The notes under the pieces are model-generated. The model was not told the DNA's origin and did no database searches. It saw only the letters and a program-made list of their open reading frames with translations. The translations under genes were made by a program, and so were the position numbers. 64,000 bases of DNA from Candidatus Hydrothermarchaeum profundi (GTDB lineage Archaea; Hydrothermarchaeota; Hydrothermarchaeia; Hydrothermarchaeales; Hydrothermarchaeaceae). The stretch spans positions 299,906-363,905 of the forward strand of contig MTMF02000009.1 of the NCBI GenBank assembly GCA_002011125.2, written 5' to 3'. Every line of letters begins with the position of its first letter. The first letter of the stretch is position 1. Shown here piece after piece: positions 19,321-29,863 of the stretch.

Positions 19321-19744
19321 TCCTGATAAAATTAGAAGAGTCTCTTCGGAGTTATTGAATGCCCTTGATAAGCTCAAAGAGCTGGCAAACCTGCCGAAGG
19401 AAGATTTTTTAAGAGACACCCACAAGGTTGCAAGTGCTAAGTATCATCTTCTTGTTGCTATTGAAGCATCTATAGACATGTGCAACCATTTAATTTCCCA
19501 AAACAGGCTGAGAACACCTGAGGATTACGCCGATACCTTTAGGGTTATGTATGAATATGGCATGTTCTCCGAGGAATTCCTATCTAATCTACTCGCAATG
19601 GTGAGATTCAGAAACCGCCTAGTTCACATCTACTGGGAAATCGATAACAGCCTTGTATATCAAATCCTTAAGGAGGATATCTCTGACCTAGAAGCTTTTA
19701 TGAAATATTTCACCGACTTCCTTAATAGAAGTCAGGAAAGGTGA
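19304..19744 (+). CDS. HEPN (DUF86/HepT) RNase toxin
   Basis: PEDYADTF and RNRLVH (Rx4H) motifs. Confidence 0.9.
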   Translation: MVLKYNPDKIRRVSSELLNALDKLKELANLPKEDFLRDTHKVASAKYHLLVAIEASIDMCNHLISQNRLRTPEDYADTFRVMYEYGMFSEEFLSNLLAMVRFRNRLVHIYWEIDNSLVYQILKEDISDLEAFMKYFTDFLNRSQER

Positions 19745-19879
19745 GGTCTATATAAAAAAGTCTTAGAAAGTAAGAGTTATTTTAAGACTAAAAAGTTAAT
19801 CTGTAAATGCAACTTTCCAGCGCAGGGCTATAGAAATTGTTTTTTATGAAATGCATTATCTTCAAGGTGAAATGTTAGC

Positions 19880-19946
19880 ACCAGAAGTAAGCTGTTCAGA
19901 GCAGCCAAATGTGCTGATAAAACATTGGATTGAGCTTACTTCTGGT
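19880..19946. repeat. Perfect 14-bp inverted repeat enclosing 39 bp
   Basis: ACCAGAAGTAAGCT (19880-19893) and AGCTTACTTCTGGT (19933-19946). Confidence 0.85.
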
Positions 19947-19989
19947 TAAGCTTATTAATTATGAGACATCAAAATACCTAAGGAGTTCC

Positions 19990-20384
19990 ATGAAAGAAAA
20001 AAGAGTAATCAGATACAAGGACAAAATAGATTTCATCGTAAGTAATATTGAATCCATACCAGAAAAACCAAAAGGTGACCTAGAAATAAGCGGGGTATTT
20101 TATAAGCTTCATACATCTATAGAAGCTGTAATGGATCTGGTAGCAAGGGTTTTGAAGGACATTGGAAAAAAATCGAAGACGACTACGCAAACATAGAAGT
20201 TTTAAAGGAATCTGGAATAATAACAGAGAAGCTTGCTGAAAAGTTGAGAAAGTGCAATGGGTTGAGGAACTATCTTGTTCATAGATATAACAAGGTTGAT
20301 GATAAGATAGCATTAGGTTCTGTTAATGAGGTTAAAGAGACTCTCTATGATTTTATAGAGGTTGTGGAGAGGTTTTTAAAGTGA
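19990..20384 (+). pseudogene. HEPN (DUF86) toxin, frameshifted at an A7 tract (20166-20172)
   Basis: MKEKRVIRY...KDIGKK then, in the shifted frame, IEDDYANIEVL...GLRNYLVHRYNKVDD...ERFLK*. Confidence 0.85.
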
Positions 20385-20777
20385 ACTTGAAAAAAATAAA
20401 AAAAAGATCTCAAATTTCTGAGGGATTATGAGGTAATCCTCTACCGATCCTATATAACAGGGGAGTTTAGATCTGGATCAGATATTGATGTCGCAGTAAT
20501 AACTAGGATTAGAGATTATGATAAAAACATAAGGCTTTTGAAGAGTTTTATAGGGAAAACCAAACCGATCTATGACATAAGAATATTTGAGCTTCTTACG
20601 CTTAAGCTGAAGGCATCTGTGATGAGCGACTATCTAGTTATTTATGGCGATGAACTGGAGATATCAGAATATTTCTATTATTATAGAAAACTGTGGAACG
20701 ACCAAAAGCACAGGATACTAGGAGGATATTATAAAAGCTATAATGAGAAAATAGCTGCTATAAAATCTGGACGATAG
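20381..20777 (+). pseudogene. MNT nucleotidyltransferase, frameshifted at an A8 tract (20398-20405), GS motif changed to RS
   Basis: GTG start MNLKKIKK, then DLKFLRDYEVILYRSYITGEFRSGSDIDVAV... in frame with ORF 20538-20777. Confidence 0.8.
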
Positions 20778-20875
20778 CCTTTTTTCTAATTGAGGACTAC
20801 AATAAAAATAAGTGAAAGGTTAAGCTTAATTTATACACGTTTTCCAAAATATTTGTGATTGCATACCGGAATTAG

Positions 20876-20940
20876 GGTTAGGCTTATAATTAAGAGGCTG
20901 GAGGAGTAGAAGGGTTTGAAAAGGTTTACTGGTTCAGACG
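20876..20940 (+). repeat. Degenerate partial copy of 22791-22856 (fragment of the downstream hypothetical gene)
   Basis: GGTTAGGCTTATAATTAAGAGGCT...TACTGGTTCAGACG versus GGTTAGGCTCATAACCAAGAGGCT...TACTGGTTTAGACG. Confidence 0.8.
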
Positions 20941-21049
20941 AGGAAGGAATACTCAATGGACCCTTACCCTTGGCAATATATTACTCTATACTTTGTTAAG
21001 CAAATATAATCCATAATGTTTATATATAAATTGCTTATTTTATTTGCAT

Positions 21050-22405
21050 ATGGAAAAAGACTATATCATAAATTATCTTAAAACGAAAAACTACTGGTGG
21101 ACTAAGAGAAAAGTTGAGCCAGAAGATAAAGGAATTCTAAGGAAAGAGTATATCAAAGCAATCGAAGAGATGTTTAAGTACGAGAGGATAGTAGCACTTT
21201 CTGGATTAAGAAGGTCTGGGAAGACAACAATATTGTTTCAAGTTATCGATGATTTAATCAAAAAGGTTGACCCAGAAAAGATCGTGTATTTTAAAATAGA
21301 TGATTTGATTGAAAAAATAAATGACCTGCATGACGTAATAAAAATATATCAGGAAATTACTGGAAGGGACCCGATAAAAGAGGAAATTTTCTTTTTTATT
21401 GACGAGTTACACTTTTTGAAAAACTGGCAGATTCAGGTGAAATACTATATCGATGCCCACGCAAAAAGCAAGTTTATAGTATCTGGGTCTTCAAAAACAC
21501 TCCTTTACAGGGATGCTTCTGAGAGTCTTGCAGGGCGTATAAAGTTTATAGACGTCTTCCCTTTGACATTTAAAGAGTTTTTAGAATTCAACGGCATAGA
21601 AATTAAGACTTCTATAGATTTTCTTGATTACGAGAAAATGAAAGATTTTTACTATGATTTGATAACTCAAAAAGAACAGATATTATATTATTTTAATCGG
21701 TATATGGAAATAGGCGGTTTTCCAGAATGGTTCAAAATTAAAAACCTTTCTTCTTGGTATAAAACCCTTGAGGATTACATTTCCTTAATACTGTTTAAAG
21801 ACATCGTCAGTGTGTTTAAAATTAAAGATCCTCTACTACTCGAAAAGATGGTTAAAGAAATTGCACAGCTTTCGACAAACAGATTCAGCTATCTTGGGCT
21901 TTCCAAGAGGCTGGATGCAGATAGAGAAACTATAAAGCTTTACCTCTTCTATCTTAAAAGTTCTATGCTTATTTTTACAGCAGAAGTGTATTCAACAACC
22001 AAGAGAATGCGGGAGATGAAAGAAAAAAAAATCTATTTCTGGGAAGAGGGGCTTAGGAAAGCATTAACGCTGGATACTGTTGAAGCCAAGGCTGTGGAAA
22101 ATATTGTTGCTTGGCATCTCATAAAGAAAGGGCTTGAATCTAAGACATTCTTCACTCCATTTTACTGGAAAAATAGGCATGAAGTTGATTTTGTGTTCGA
22201 TGACTCAAAACACATAACGGCAGTAGAAGTGAAATACAGGTCAGAGATATCTAACAGCGACATCAAAGGCCTGCTGGAGTTTATCGGAAAATTCAATCTT
22301 GAAAAGGCCGCGGTAGTAACAAGAGACCTAATTGAGAGAAGAGAGATTGAGGGAAAAGAGATTTTATTCATCCCTGCATGGCTGCTTTTGCTAAGCCTAC
22401 GCTAA
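21050..22405 (+). CDS. AAA+ ATPase, COG1373 type (AAA_14 + DUF4143, C-terminal PD-(D/E)xK-like region)
   Basis: GLRRSGKT, FIDE, SGSS, ESLAGR, GGFPE, EVDFV...AVEVKY. Confidence 0.9.
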   Translation: MEKDYIINYLKTKNYWWTKRKVEPEDKGILRKEYIKAIEEMFKYERIVALSGLRRSGKTTILFQVIDDLIKKVDPEKIVYFKIDDLIEKINDLHDVIKIYQEITGRDPIKEEIFFFIDELHFLKNWQIQVKYYIDAHAKSKFIVSGSSKTLLYRDASESLAGRIKFIDVFPLTFKEFLEFNGIEIKTSIDFLDYEKMKDFYYDLITQKEQILYYFNRYMEIGGFPEWFKIKNLSSWYKTLEDYISLILFKDIVSVFKIKDPLLLEKMVKEIAQLSTNRFSYLGLSKRLDADRETIKLYLFYLKSSMLIFTAEVYSTTKRMREMKEKKIYFWEEGLRKALTLDTVEAKAVENIVAWHLIKKGLESKTFFTPFYWKNRHEVDFVFDDSKHITAVEVKYRSEISNSDIKGLLEFIGKFNLEKAAVVTRDLIERREIEGKEILFIPAWLLLLSLR

Positions 22406-22572
22406 AAAGGGATGATAAAGGACGGTCTTGTACGCCTTCTACTATAAGCTCCCATTCAAATTCCGGATCTAGGGTTCGTATGGTTTTTTCGATTCTCATC
22501 GCTTTTTCTAAATGCTTTTCTTTTTTCACCGCAAAGCTTTAATATCCTATTGCTAGGATAAGGCAAATTTAG

Positions 22573-22944
22573 GTGAGGAATAAGTTGAGGTGTAGTCACA
22601 GAGACTCTGGAAAGGATTGGTTTCCACGCTTGGATAACAAGATTTCCTCTCCTCATCCGGTATGCGGGGGATGTGGCGCCGTTAAGAACATCGGAGATAG
22701 AGGGAAGAAGCTCGGCTACTACGTTAATACGCTTTACGAGATCAAAGAATACCTGGAGGAGAGAAAGAAAGGAAAGATAACTGAAGCCCAGGTTAGGCTC
22801 ATAACCAAGAGGCTAGAGAAGGTAGAGGGATTTGAAGATGTCTACTGGTTTAGACGCTCAACGCAGAAAGACATTTTCGTAGAGGCTGTGAATAGATATA
22901 CGGGACTATCTCCGAGTTTCATAGAATCCTTCCTAGCCAGCTGA
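22573..22944 (+). CDS. Hypothetical protein with possible Zn-binding N-terminus
   Basis: CSH...HPVCGGCG; coherent 123-aa ORF. Confidence 0.7.
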   Translation: MRNKLRCSHRDSGKDWFPRLDNKISSPHPVCGGCGAVKNIGDRGKKLGYYVNTLYEIKEYLEERKKGKITEAQVRLITKRLEKVEGFEDVYWFRRSTQKDIFVEAVNRYTGLSPSFIESFLAS

Positions 22945-23029
22945 ATCGACCTGTATGGAGGAATGAGAAGAGGCTGGTTTGGTGTAGCTTAGGGTATCGT
23001 CGATATTAAAAACTGGAAGATTGCGGGTA

Positions 23030-23386
23030 TATCTTAGAACTTAGCTTTATCTGGCCAAAAATCGGTATCGGTTTCTTCAGAGGTGTACGACGGCATAATA
23101 ACAGCATATATTTCTAGTGGCTACGAAATTCAAGGGATTCAAAGCTTGATGCAGATCTGAGGTCGCTTCCTCATGAAGTTATACCTCGCACCTTGGAGAT
23201 ATTAGTCAAAGCGCTAGAACTATATGCAAGAAATGGAGGAAGCTGCATTATTTTGACTCTTTTCATGTTGCTACATCAATAATATTAGAGTTGCCCTTGA
23301 TTACTAGCGACAGGTATATCCTGAAAAACTCTGAATCCCTAGGTTTAAAGGCAATTGCTCTGGGAAAGGTGGAAGAATTTTTGTAA
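23030..23386 (+). pseudogene. Degraded PIN-domain (VapC-like) toxin
   Basis: Stitched frames: SVSSEVYDGIITAY...LPHEVIP.TLEILVKALELYARNGG/LHYFDSFHVATSIILELPLITSDRYI...EEFL*. Confidence 0.65.
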
Positions 23387-23479
23387 AAAACCATGCTCCA
23401 GGGAACATAGAAAATAGTAAGAGAAGCATGCTCAAGTAGCAAAACTTTTATAGCTGCCTCGTTAAATTGCAACTCTAGC

Positions 23480-24676
23480 ATGGAAGAATATGAGGTTTCT
23501 CTTAAGGACTATATTGATGTTATTTGGAAGGAGAAAATAATCATAGCAATAATCTTAGCCTTGTCACTTGTTTCAGCACTGATTTTCTCTATCATGCAAC
23601 CTAATGTGTATGAAACTCGTACTACCTTAATGATCACTCCAAGGATAGCCGAGGAGCTTGAGGGAGCCCAAGCTACTGCTACTGTGCCTAGTTTTTATAT
23701 ATCTCCTGAGACCTATGAGAAGCTCGCGGTTACTAATGACATACTGGTTGGGATAATTAAGGAGCTACAGCTGAAGGGGAATAGCGAGGAGTTGACCGTA
23801 GAGGCTCTAAGGAGTATGATGACGCCTAGGATAGAGATGGCTGAGAAAGGTAAAACGCTACTACCCTTGCTTACCATGAAGGTGAAAGGCACCAACCCTG
23901 AGGAGCTGAGAGATATCGCCGATGCCTGGGGGAGACTTTTCATAGAGAAGAACACTGAACTGTTATCCACTAGGACGGCTCAGTCTTACGAGTTTATCTC
24001 TGAGAGATTTGAGGAGGTCAGCAACGATCTCAGAAAGAAGGAAGAGGAGAAAATAAAGTATATGGAGGAAAATCCCCTGAGCACTCTTCAGACCGAGCTA
24101 ACTGTGGCGAAAACGACATATGAGGAGCGGCTAAGCATGCTTGACGCTAAGAGGAGGGAGCTGAACGAGAGCGCGGCAAGGCTTAAGAGCTTGGAAGAAG
24201 AGATAAAGGATGAGCCAGAGTTCCTCCAATGGAGTGCTCCATCCGCGTCTTGGATCGTTACTGCTGAGGCTCTGAAGAACCCCACCTATTTCTCATTGAA
24301 AGAAAGCATAATAGAGACCAAGGTATTCATAGACACTACCAAGGGTGAGATCTCATATCTAGAGGAAGAGGTCCGCAAGCTCAAGTCTGAGATAGATGAA
24401 AAGGAAGCCAGAATAAACGAGATCCAAATAATCTTGGACAGGATGGATAGGGAGATTTCTTCTCTTAAGTCTGCCTACGATTTCCTCTCTGACAAGCTTT
24501 TAGAAGCAAGGATAGCTAAGGAAGAACAGCTACAATCAATAAAGATCGTTGAAGAGCCTGTCGTGCCACAAGTCCCCACCGGGCCTTCGAAAATACTCAA
24601 CATCGCTATCGCCAGTATATTAGGGTTGTTTGTCGGCATCTTTGCAGCATTTTTCAAGAATTACATGGAAGAATGA
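23480..24676 (+). CDS. Wzz/GumC-like polysaccharide chain-length determinant (co-polymerase)
   Basis: EVSLKDYIDVIWK, TM1, P.VYE..T.L, long coiled coil, P.VP..PTGPSK, TM2 with GLFVG. Confidence 0.85.
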   Translation: MEEYEVSLKDYIDVIWKEKIIIAIILALSLVSALIFSIMQPNVYETRTTLMITPRIAEELEGAQATATVPSFYISPETYEKLAVTNDILVGIIKELQLKGNSEELTVEALRSMMTPRIEMAEKGKTLLPLLTMKVKGTNPEELRDIADAWGRLFIEKNTELLSTRTAQSYEFISERFEEVSNDLRKKEEEKIKYMEENPLSTLQTELTVAKTTYEERLSMLDAKRRELNESAARLKSLEEEIKDEPEFLQWSAPSASWIVTAEALKNPTYFSLKESIIETKVFIDTTKGEISYLEEEVRKLKSEIDEKEARINEIQIILDRMDREISSLKSAYDFLSDKLLEARIAKEEQLQSIKIVEEPVVPQVPTGPSKILNIAIASILGLFVGIFAAFFKNYMEE

Positions 24677-24972
24677 GTATTGATCTATTTTTCCTATTAG
24701 CTATATGATAATATCTCCAGTATATTTCAGTAGGAGTAGTTATAAGCATAAAGTTTTTTTACGTTTTTAAAGATCAGTTATTCATGCTCAGAAGGAGTTG
24801 AGAGTAATTGAGTGGAAGCTTAAAATCTCTCATATCTAATACACACAAACTACAATGGCTTTATTATAGAGGAGTTATAAATTAAAAACCGTTCATAGTT
24901 CATAACGGCTTATCAATTTTATATATTCAGGTATATAAATAAGTTATGATATTTCTAGGAGGTAGAAGAATT

Positions 24973-26136
24973 ATGAATATCTTATTAACAGGTATAGACG
25001 GCTATATGGGTTGGCCAACTGCTCTGAAGCTTTCCCAAGAGTTTCCAGATGAACGCATTATTGGTGTAGACAATTTTTCAAGGCGCAAGTGGGTAAAGGA
25101 ATGTGGTTCTGACAGCATAATACCCATATACAGCATGAAGGAAAGGCTTAAAGTTGCAAAGGAACATGGTTTTGAAAACATTAGTTTCATAGAGGGAGAC
25201 CTTACCAAAAAGAACTTTGTTGACAAGATAATTTCAATCCACAAGCCCGAGGTTGTGTTACATTTAGCAGCGCAACCAAGTGCTCCCTACTCACAGATAA
25301 ACGGTGCAAAGGCAACGTTCACCCAGAAAAATACAGTACTGAGTAATGCCAACATTATGTGGTCACTTAGAGAACATGAGCTCACAGATACGCATTTCAT
25401 AGAAACGACCACTACAGGTATATATGGTGCCCCTAACATCCGCATTGGTGAAGGATTCGTGAAGGTTGTAGATGGAGATGGCAACTCTGACGTACTACCA
25501 TTCCCTAATATTGCCAGCAGTTGGTACCATGTATCACGTGGCTTTGGCGCTACCAATATGATGCTTATGAATATGCAGACCGGCATGCCGTGCACCGACG
25601 TAAGAACCAGTATCGTTTATGGTATAACCACGGAAGAAACTACGTTAGATGAGCACTTAACCACACGGTTTGACATAGACTTCTATTTTGGCACACTGTT
25701 CAACCGTTGGTGCGCGATGATGATTATAAACCACCCACTAACGGTTTACGGTTCTGGTAGACAGATAAAGCCCTTTATAAGCCTTGAAGACACCGCTACC
25801 TCGCTAGTTAAGATAGTCAAGAAGGGAAATAAAGGCGAGTATAAGGTTTACAATCAGCTGGTAGAGTACGTAAGAATAAAGGACATAGCAGAATGGATGA
25901 ACAGCGCTGCAGAAGAACTCTTCGGTAAGGCGCCAGGGATAGAGTATATCCCAAATCCTAGGAAGGAGAAGGAGGAGAGCAAATATAGCTTTGAGAACAA
26001 GAATTTTTTAAAGGTGCTTGGTAAACCCAAGCATACAAGCATGCGGGATGCTCTGCCGGAAGTGCTGGAAAAGCTGAAGAAGTATGAGGATAGGATTGGG
26101 GCTTATAGAGACAGGCTAATACCCAAGAAGAGGTAG
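24973..26136 (+). CDS. UDP-sulfoquinovose synthase-like SDR (SqdB/Agl3)
   Basis: GIDGYMGWPTAL, VDNFSRR, HLAAQPSAPYS, TTGIYG, WYHVS, RFDIDFYFGT, HPLTVYG, NPRKE. Confidence 0.85.
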   Translation: MNILLTGIDGYMGWPTALKLSQEFPDERIIGVDNFSRRKWVKECGSDSIIPIYSMKERLKVAKEHGFENISFIEGDLTKKNFVDKIISIHKPEVVLHLAAQPSAPYSQINGAKATFTQKNTVLSNANIMWSLREHELTDTHFIETTTTGIYGAPNIRIGEGFVKVVDGDGNSDVLPFPNIASSWYHVSRGFGATNMMLMNMQTGMPCTDVRTSIVYGITTEETTLDEHLTTRFDIDFYFGTLFNRWCAMMIINHPLTVYGSGRQIKPFISLEDTATSLVKIVKKGNKGEYKVYNQLVEYVRIKDIAEWMNSAAEELFGKAPGIEYIPNPRKEKEESKYSFENKNFLKVLGKPKHTSMRDALPEVLEKLKKYEDRIGAYRDRLIPKKR

Positions 26137-26142
26137 CTCTTA

Positions 26143-27075
26143 ATGCATGTTCTTGTCACAGGTGGCTGTGGATACATAGGCTCAGAACTTATCCCTCTTT
26201 TGCTTGAAAGAAGTTACGATGTAACAATTCTGGACAATTTCTCTTTGAGTAGTCCTTCTGTTCTTTTTTATTTTAAAAAGAATATAAACTTTGTTTTTGG
26301 GGATATCAGGAATAAAGATGATGTGAGAAGTGCTCTGAAAGACTGTGATGCTGTGATTCATCTCGCAGCACTGACTGGAGCGGATGAATCTTTTAATGCA
26401 AAAGAGCGAACTTTTGACATTAACCTCCGTGGCACTGAAGTCCTACTGGAAGCTTCAGTAAGTGCAGAGGTGAAGAAATTTATCTTCTCCTCCTCATGCA
26501 ATATTTACGGCAGACAGAATAGAGTGATTAGTGAAAATACTAAACCAAAACCGCGGAATCCATATGCAGAGTCAAAGCATCTCGCAGAAGAGGCATGTCT
26601 TAAGTACCAGCAAAATTATGGATTGGTCACCAGCATATTGCGCTTGAGCACCTTATACGGCTACGCCCCAGGGATACGCTTCAACTTGGTAATAAACATG
26701 TTTGCTTTATATGCTCTAACGAATCATCCGTTAACCATCTATGGAGATGGCACCAACTGGAGACCTTATATACACGTTAAAGATGCCGCTAGAGCCTTCC
26801 TTTTCGCTCTTGAAAGAAGAGATTTTGAGAATGACGTGTTTAATGTGGGCTCAAACAGGGAGAACTACAGAATTAGAGATATTGTCGCTCTTTTTAAGGA
26901 TACATTTAAAAAGAACCTACAGGTTGTTTACTTAAGGGAGAGAGACCCTGGCCCAAGTTACCGTGTAGATTTCTCTAAAATTGAGAAAACCGGATTCTCC
27001 TGCAAACGGAGTGTGAAAAACGGCATCAAAGAACTGATAGAGAAGTTTAGTAAAATAAAGGGGAAAATGAAATGA
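26143..27075 (+). CDS. NAD-dependent nucleotide-sugar epimerase/dehydratase
   Basis: GGCGYIG, SSC, YAESK. Confidence 0.9.
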   Translation: MHVLVTGGCGYIGSELIPLLLERSYDVTILDNFSLSSPSVLFYFKKNINFVFGDIRNKDDVRSALKDCDAVIHLAALTGADESFNAKERTFDINLRGTEVLLEASVSAEVKKFIFSSSCNIYGRQNRVISENTKPKPRNPYAESKHLAEEACLKYQQNYGLVTSILRLSTLYGYAPGIRFNLVINMFALYALTNHPLTIYGDGTNWRPYIHVKDAARAFLFALERRDFENDVFNVGSNRENYRIRDIVALFKDTFKKNLQVVYLRERDPGPSYRVDFSKIEKTGFSCKRSVKNGIKELIEKFSKIKGKMK

Positions 27076-28067
27076 GTGTAATACTCGTTACAGGTGCTGC
27101 AGGATACATAGGAGGGCATCTAATAAACAGCTTACTGGAAGACGAGTGCTTCTCGGATTACTATATTCGCGGAATTGATAACTTTCTAGTGGGCAAACGC
27201 AGAAATTATGCGCTGATAAGGAAGTCTCCTCGCGTGAAGTTGCTGAAGATGGATTTTACTAAGGCAGAAGATGTAAAGGAGATGATAAAAGATGTAGAGA
27301 TAGTTTACCACCTCGGAGCCATATCTGGCGTTGTTTTCTGCAACCACAATCCCGCAAAGGCTTCTCACATAAACGTAGAAGGAACGAGAAAATTACTCGA
27401 AGTAGCGTCAAACGCTGAATGCGAGCGGTTTATTTTTCCCTCTTCTACAGCGGTTTACGGCAATTCAAACGTGAATCCTATCACCGAAGAAGTGCCCTGC
27501 CTGCCCCAGAATATTTACGGCGCACTTAAAATTAGTGCCGAAGCTTTTTGCGATGTCTACTACTACAGCTACGGACTGGGTACTACAATACTTCGGTGGA
27601 CTAACATTTATGGCAAGGGTACATATATGAAGTGGCGCACTGTTATTCCTGCATTTGTGCGTCGTGCTGTAAGCGGCGAGACCTTGCTGATTCACGGCTC
27701 AGGCAAACAGAAGCGTAACTTCATCCACATCGATGATGTGGTTGACCTATATAAAGCTGTTATAGATAAACGCGCTATAGGAGAGAAGTTTAATGCTGGC
27801 GGAAAGAGCGACATTAGCATCCGCGATCTTGCAGAGATGGTGAAGAGGATAGGTAAAGAGAGATTCGGGATTGCTGTTAAGGTGGAATATGCGCCGGCTA
27901 GAGACCTTACACCTGAACGACAGTTTAGCACATCGATAGAAAAGCTGGAAAAAGTTCTGAAATGGAAACCTGAAATAAGTCTTGAGGAAGGTGTTATGAA
28001 AGTATTTAAATCGGTGATTGAAGAAGGAGAGAATGGATTTTACGAAGGACAGAAGGAGGTAGTATAA
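27072..28067 (+). CDS. NAD-dependent nucleotide-sugar epimerase/dehydratase
   Basis: GAAGYIG, SST, YGALK. Confidence 0.9.
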   Translation: MSVILVTGAAGYIGGHLINSLLEDECFSDYYIRGIDNFLVGKRRNYALIRKSPRVKLLKMDFTKAEDVKEMIKDVEIVYHLGAISGVVFCNHNPAKASHINVEGTRKLLEVASNAECERFIFPSSTAVYGNSNVNPITEEVPCLPQNIYGALKISAEAFCDVYYYSYGLGTTILRWTNIYGKGTYMKWRTVIPAFVRRAVSGETLLIHGSGKQKRNFIHIDDVVDLYKAVIDKRAIGEKFNAGGKSDISIRDLAEMVKRIGKERFGIAVKVEYAPARDLTPERQFSTSIEKLEKVLKWKPEISLEEGVMKVFKSVIEEGENGFYEGQKEVV

Positions 28068-28280
28068 GATAATCAATTCCTTTTATAGTCTGTTACCTAA
28101 TTACCTTACATCCTCTCTTATTACTAACTTTCGTAGAAACCAAGTAGTTTACATCATTGTAAATCCTGCCTAAATTAACAACTCTTTGTTAAAGTGATGA
28201 TGAAAAGAAGAAAATTGATGTTATAAAGCGGCTAGGCACGATAAAAGGTACTCTATAAGATTTATGGAGAAAATGAGCAA

Positions 28281-29861
28281 ATGAATTTGGAAGAACATCA
28301 AAATAAGCCTGAATCAGTGAACCACGCAATATTTGAAGAATATATGGGACAACTAACAAAGAAAATAGCTAGAGGTAGTGGAATAATATTTATAGGAATG
28401 GCAATTGGTTCATTCTTAGGTTTTTTAACTAGGATAATCATAGCCAGATTTTGGGGACCGTCAGACTATGGTTTATTCAACATTGCATTTTCAACTTTAA
28501 TGATTTTTCAGATAATTGCTATGGTAGGATTTAGAGCTAGTGGTGCAAGATTCGTTGCATATTATAATGCATTAAATAAAAAAGAAGAGATTAAAGGAAC
28601 TTTAGTCTCTGGAATCAAAATTTTGATACCATTGAGTATAACTTTAAGTATCCTTCTTCTGGCTTTTTCAAAAAAAATTGCGATAATTTATTCAGAACCA
28701 GAATTAACTCCACATCTACAATATTTCTCTCTAGCATTGCCAGTAATAGTACTTTTCTTTTATATTTGCGCCATATTGCGAGGATTTGGAGATATGGAAT
28801 ATTTAATATATAGTAGAGAATTTATTAATAAGGGGTCAACTTTCTTATTAATATTGACCTTTGTTTTTTTGAGAGTTAACATAATTTATGTCACATATTC
28901 ATTTATCATGGGGTTCATATTTGGTACAATATTAGCGATATATTATCTCTTTAAAAAACATAGCTTTTTGAAAAGAGTGAAGAGTGCTCCATTAGGAAAA
29001 AAATTATTAATTTTCTCTCTTCCACTTACCTTATCATTTTATCTAGACATATTCCGTAGAGGGTCTGACAATCTTTTAATTGGTTATTTTATGGAAAGTT
29101 CTTCAGTTGGGATCTATAATGCATCTTTTACTATTGCTCAGATGATGTTAAATTTGCTAACCCCTGTTGCAACCGTCGCATTACCTGTCATTACAGGACT
29201 TTATGCTTGTAATAGGATAGAAGAATTAAAAGTGGTTTATTCAAATATATTGCGATGGATACTCTACATATCATTTCCATTATTTTTATTAATTTTTATA
29301 TACCCTACGGACTTTATTACGGTACTGTTTGGTCAAGTTTATTCAAATGGGGCAAATGTTCTTCAAATACTTGTGGTAGGTTTCATTTCAAGTTTATTCG
29401 TAGGTCCCTTGGCTGCTCTTATTAACTCCATAGGAAAAACAAAATTCTTTATGGCTATGAGTGGAATAAGTTCCCTAAGCAACCTTGCACTAGATTTAGT
29501 ATTAATACCTCCTCTAGGAATAGTAGGTGCAGCGATAGCCACATCTATATCAGTGATATTGTTTAATATAACAGGTTTATATCTCGTATTTAGGACGTTA
29601 AAAGTGAATTTTTTTAATAAGATACATATACTTTATCCTACTTTCATTTCTATAGCTTTACTCTTACTTCATATCTTTTCAAATAAAACAATGATATATC
29701 TGGAAGTTCCACCACTAATATTATTGCTCGGGAAGATGGTTATTCTATATACTATATCTGTATTTGTGATATTCAAGTTAATTGGTTTATCGTCTGAAGA
29801 AGAGAAATTGATGAGTAGTATAAAAGGGAAAGTAATAAGAAAAATATCTCAAGAAAAATAA
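28281..29861 (+). CDS. Polysaccharide flippase (Wzx/MOP family)
   Basis: Multi-TM; IIARFWGPSDYG, VGIYN, LIPPLGIVGAAIAT. Confidence 0.9.
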   Translation: MNLEEHQNKPESVNHAIFEEYMGQLTKKIARGSGIIFIGMAIGSFLGFLTRIIIARFWGPSDYGLFNIAFSTLMIFQIIAMVGFRASGARFVAYYNALNKKEEIKGTLVSGIKILIPLSITLSILLLAFSKKIAIIYSEPELTPHLQYFSLALPVIVLFFYICAILRGFGDMEYLIYSREFINKGSTFLLILTFVFLRVNIIYVTYSFIMGFIFGTILAIYYLFKKHSFLKRVKSAPLGKKLLIFSLPLTLSFYLDIFRRGSDNLLIGYFMESSSVGIYNASFTIAQMMLNLLTPVATVALPVITGLYACNRIEELKVVYSNILRWILYISFPLFLLIFIYPTDFITVLFGQVYSNGANVLQILVVGFISSLFVGPLAALINSIGKTKFFMAMSGISSLSNLALDLVLIPPLGIVGAAIATSISVILFNITGLYLVFRTLKVNFFNKIHILYPTFISIALLLLHIFSNKTMIYLEVPPLILLLGKMVILYTISVFVIFKLIGLSSEEEKLMSSIKGKVIRKISQEK

Positions 29862-29863
29862 AA

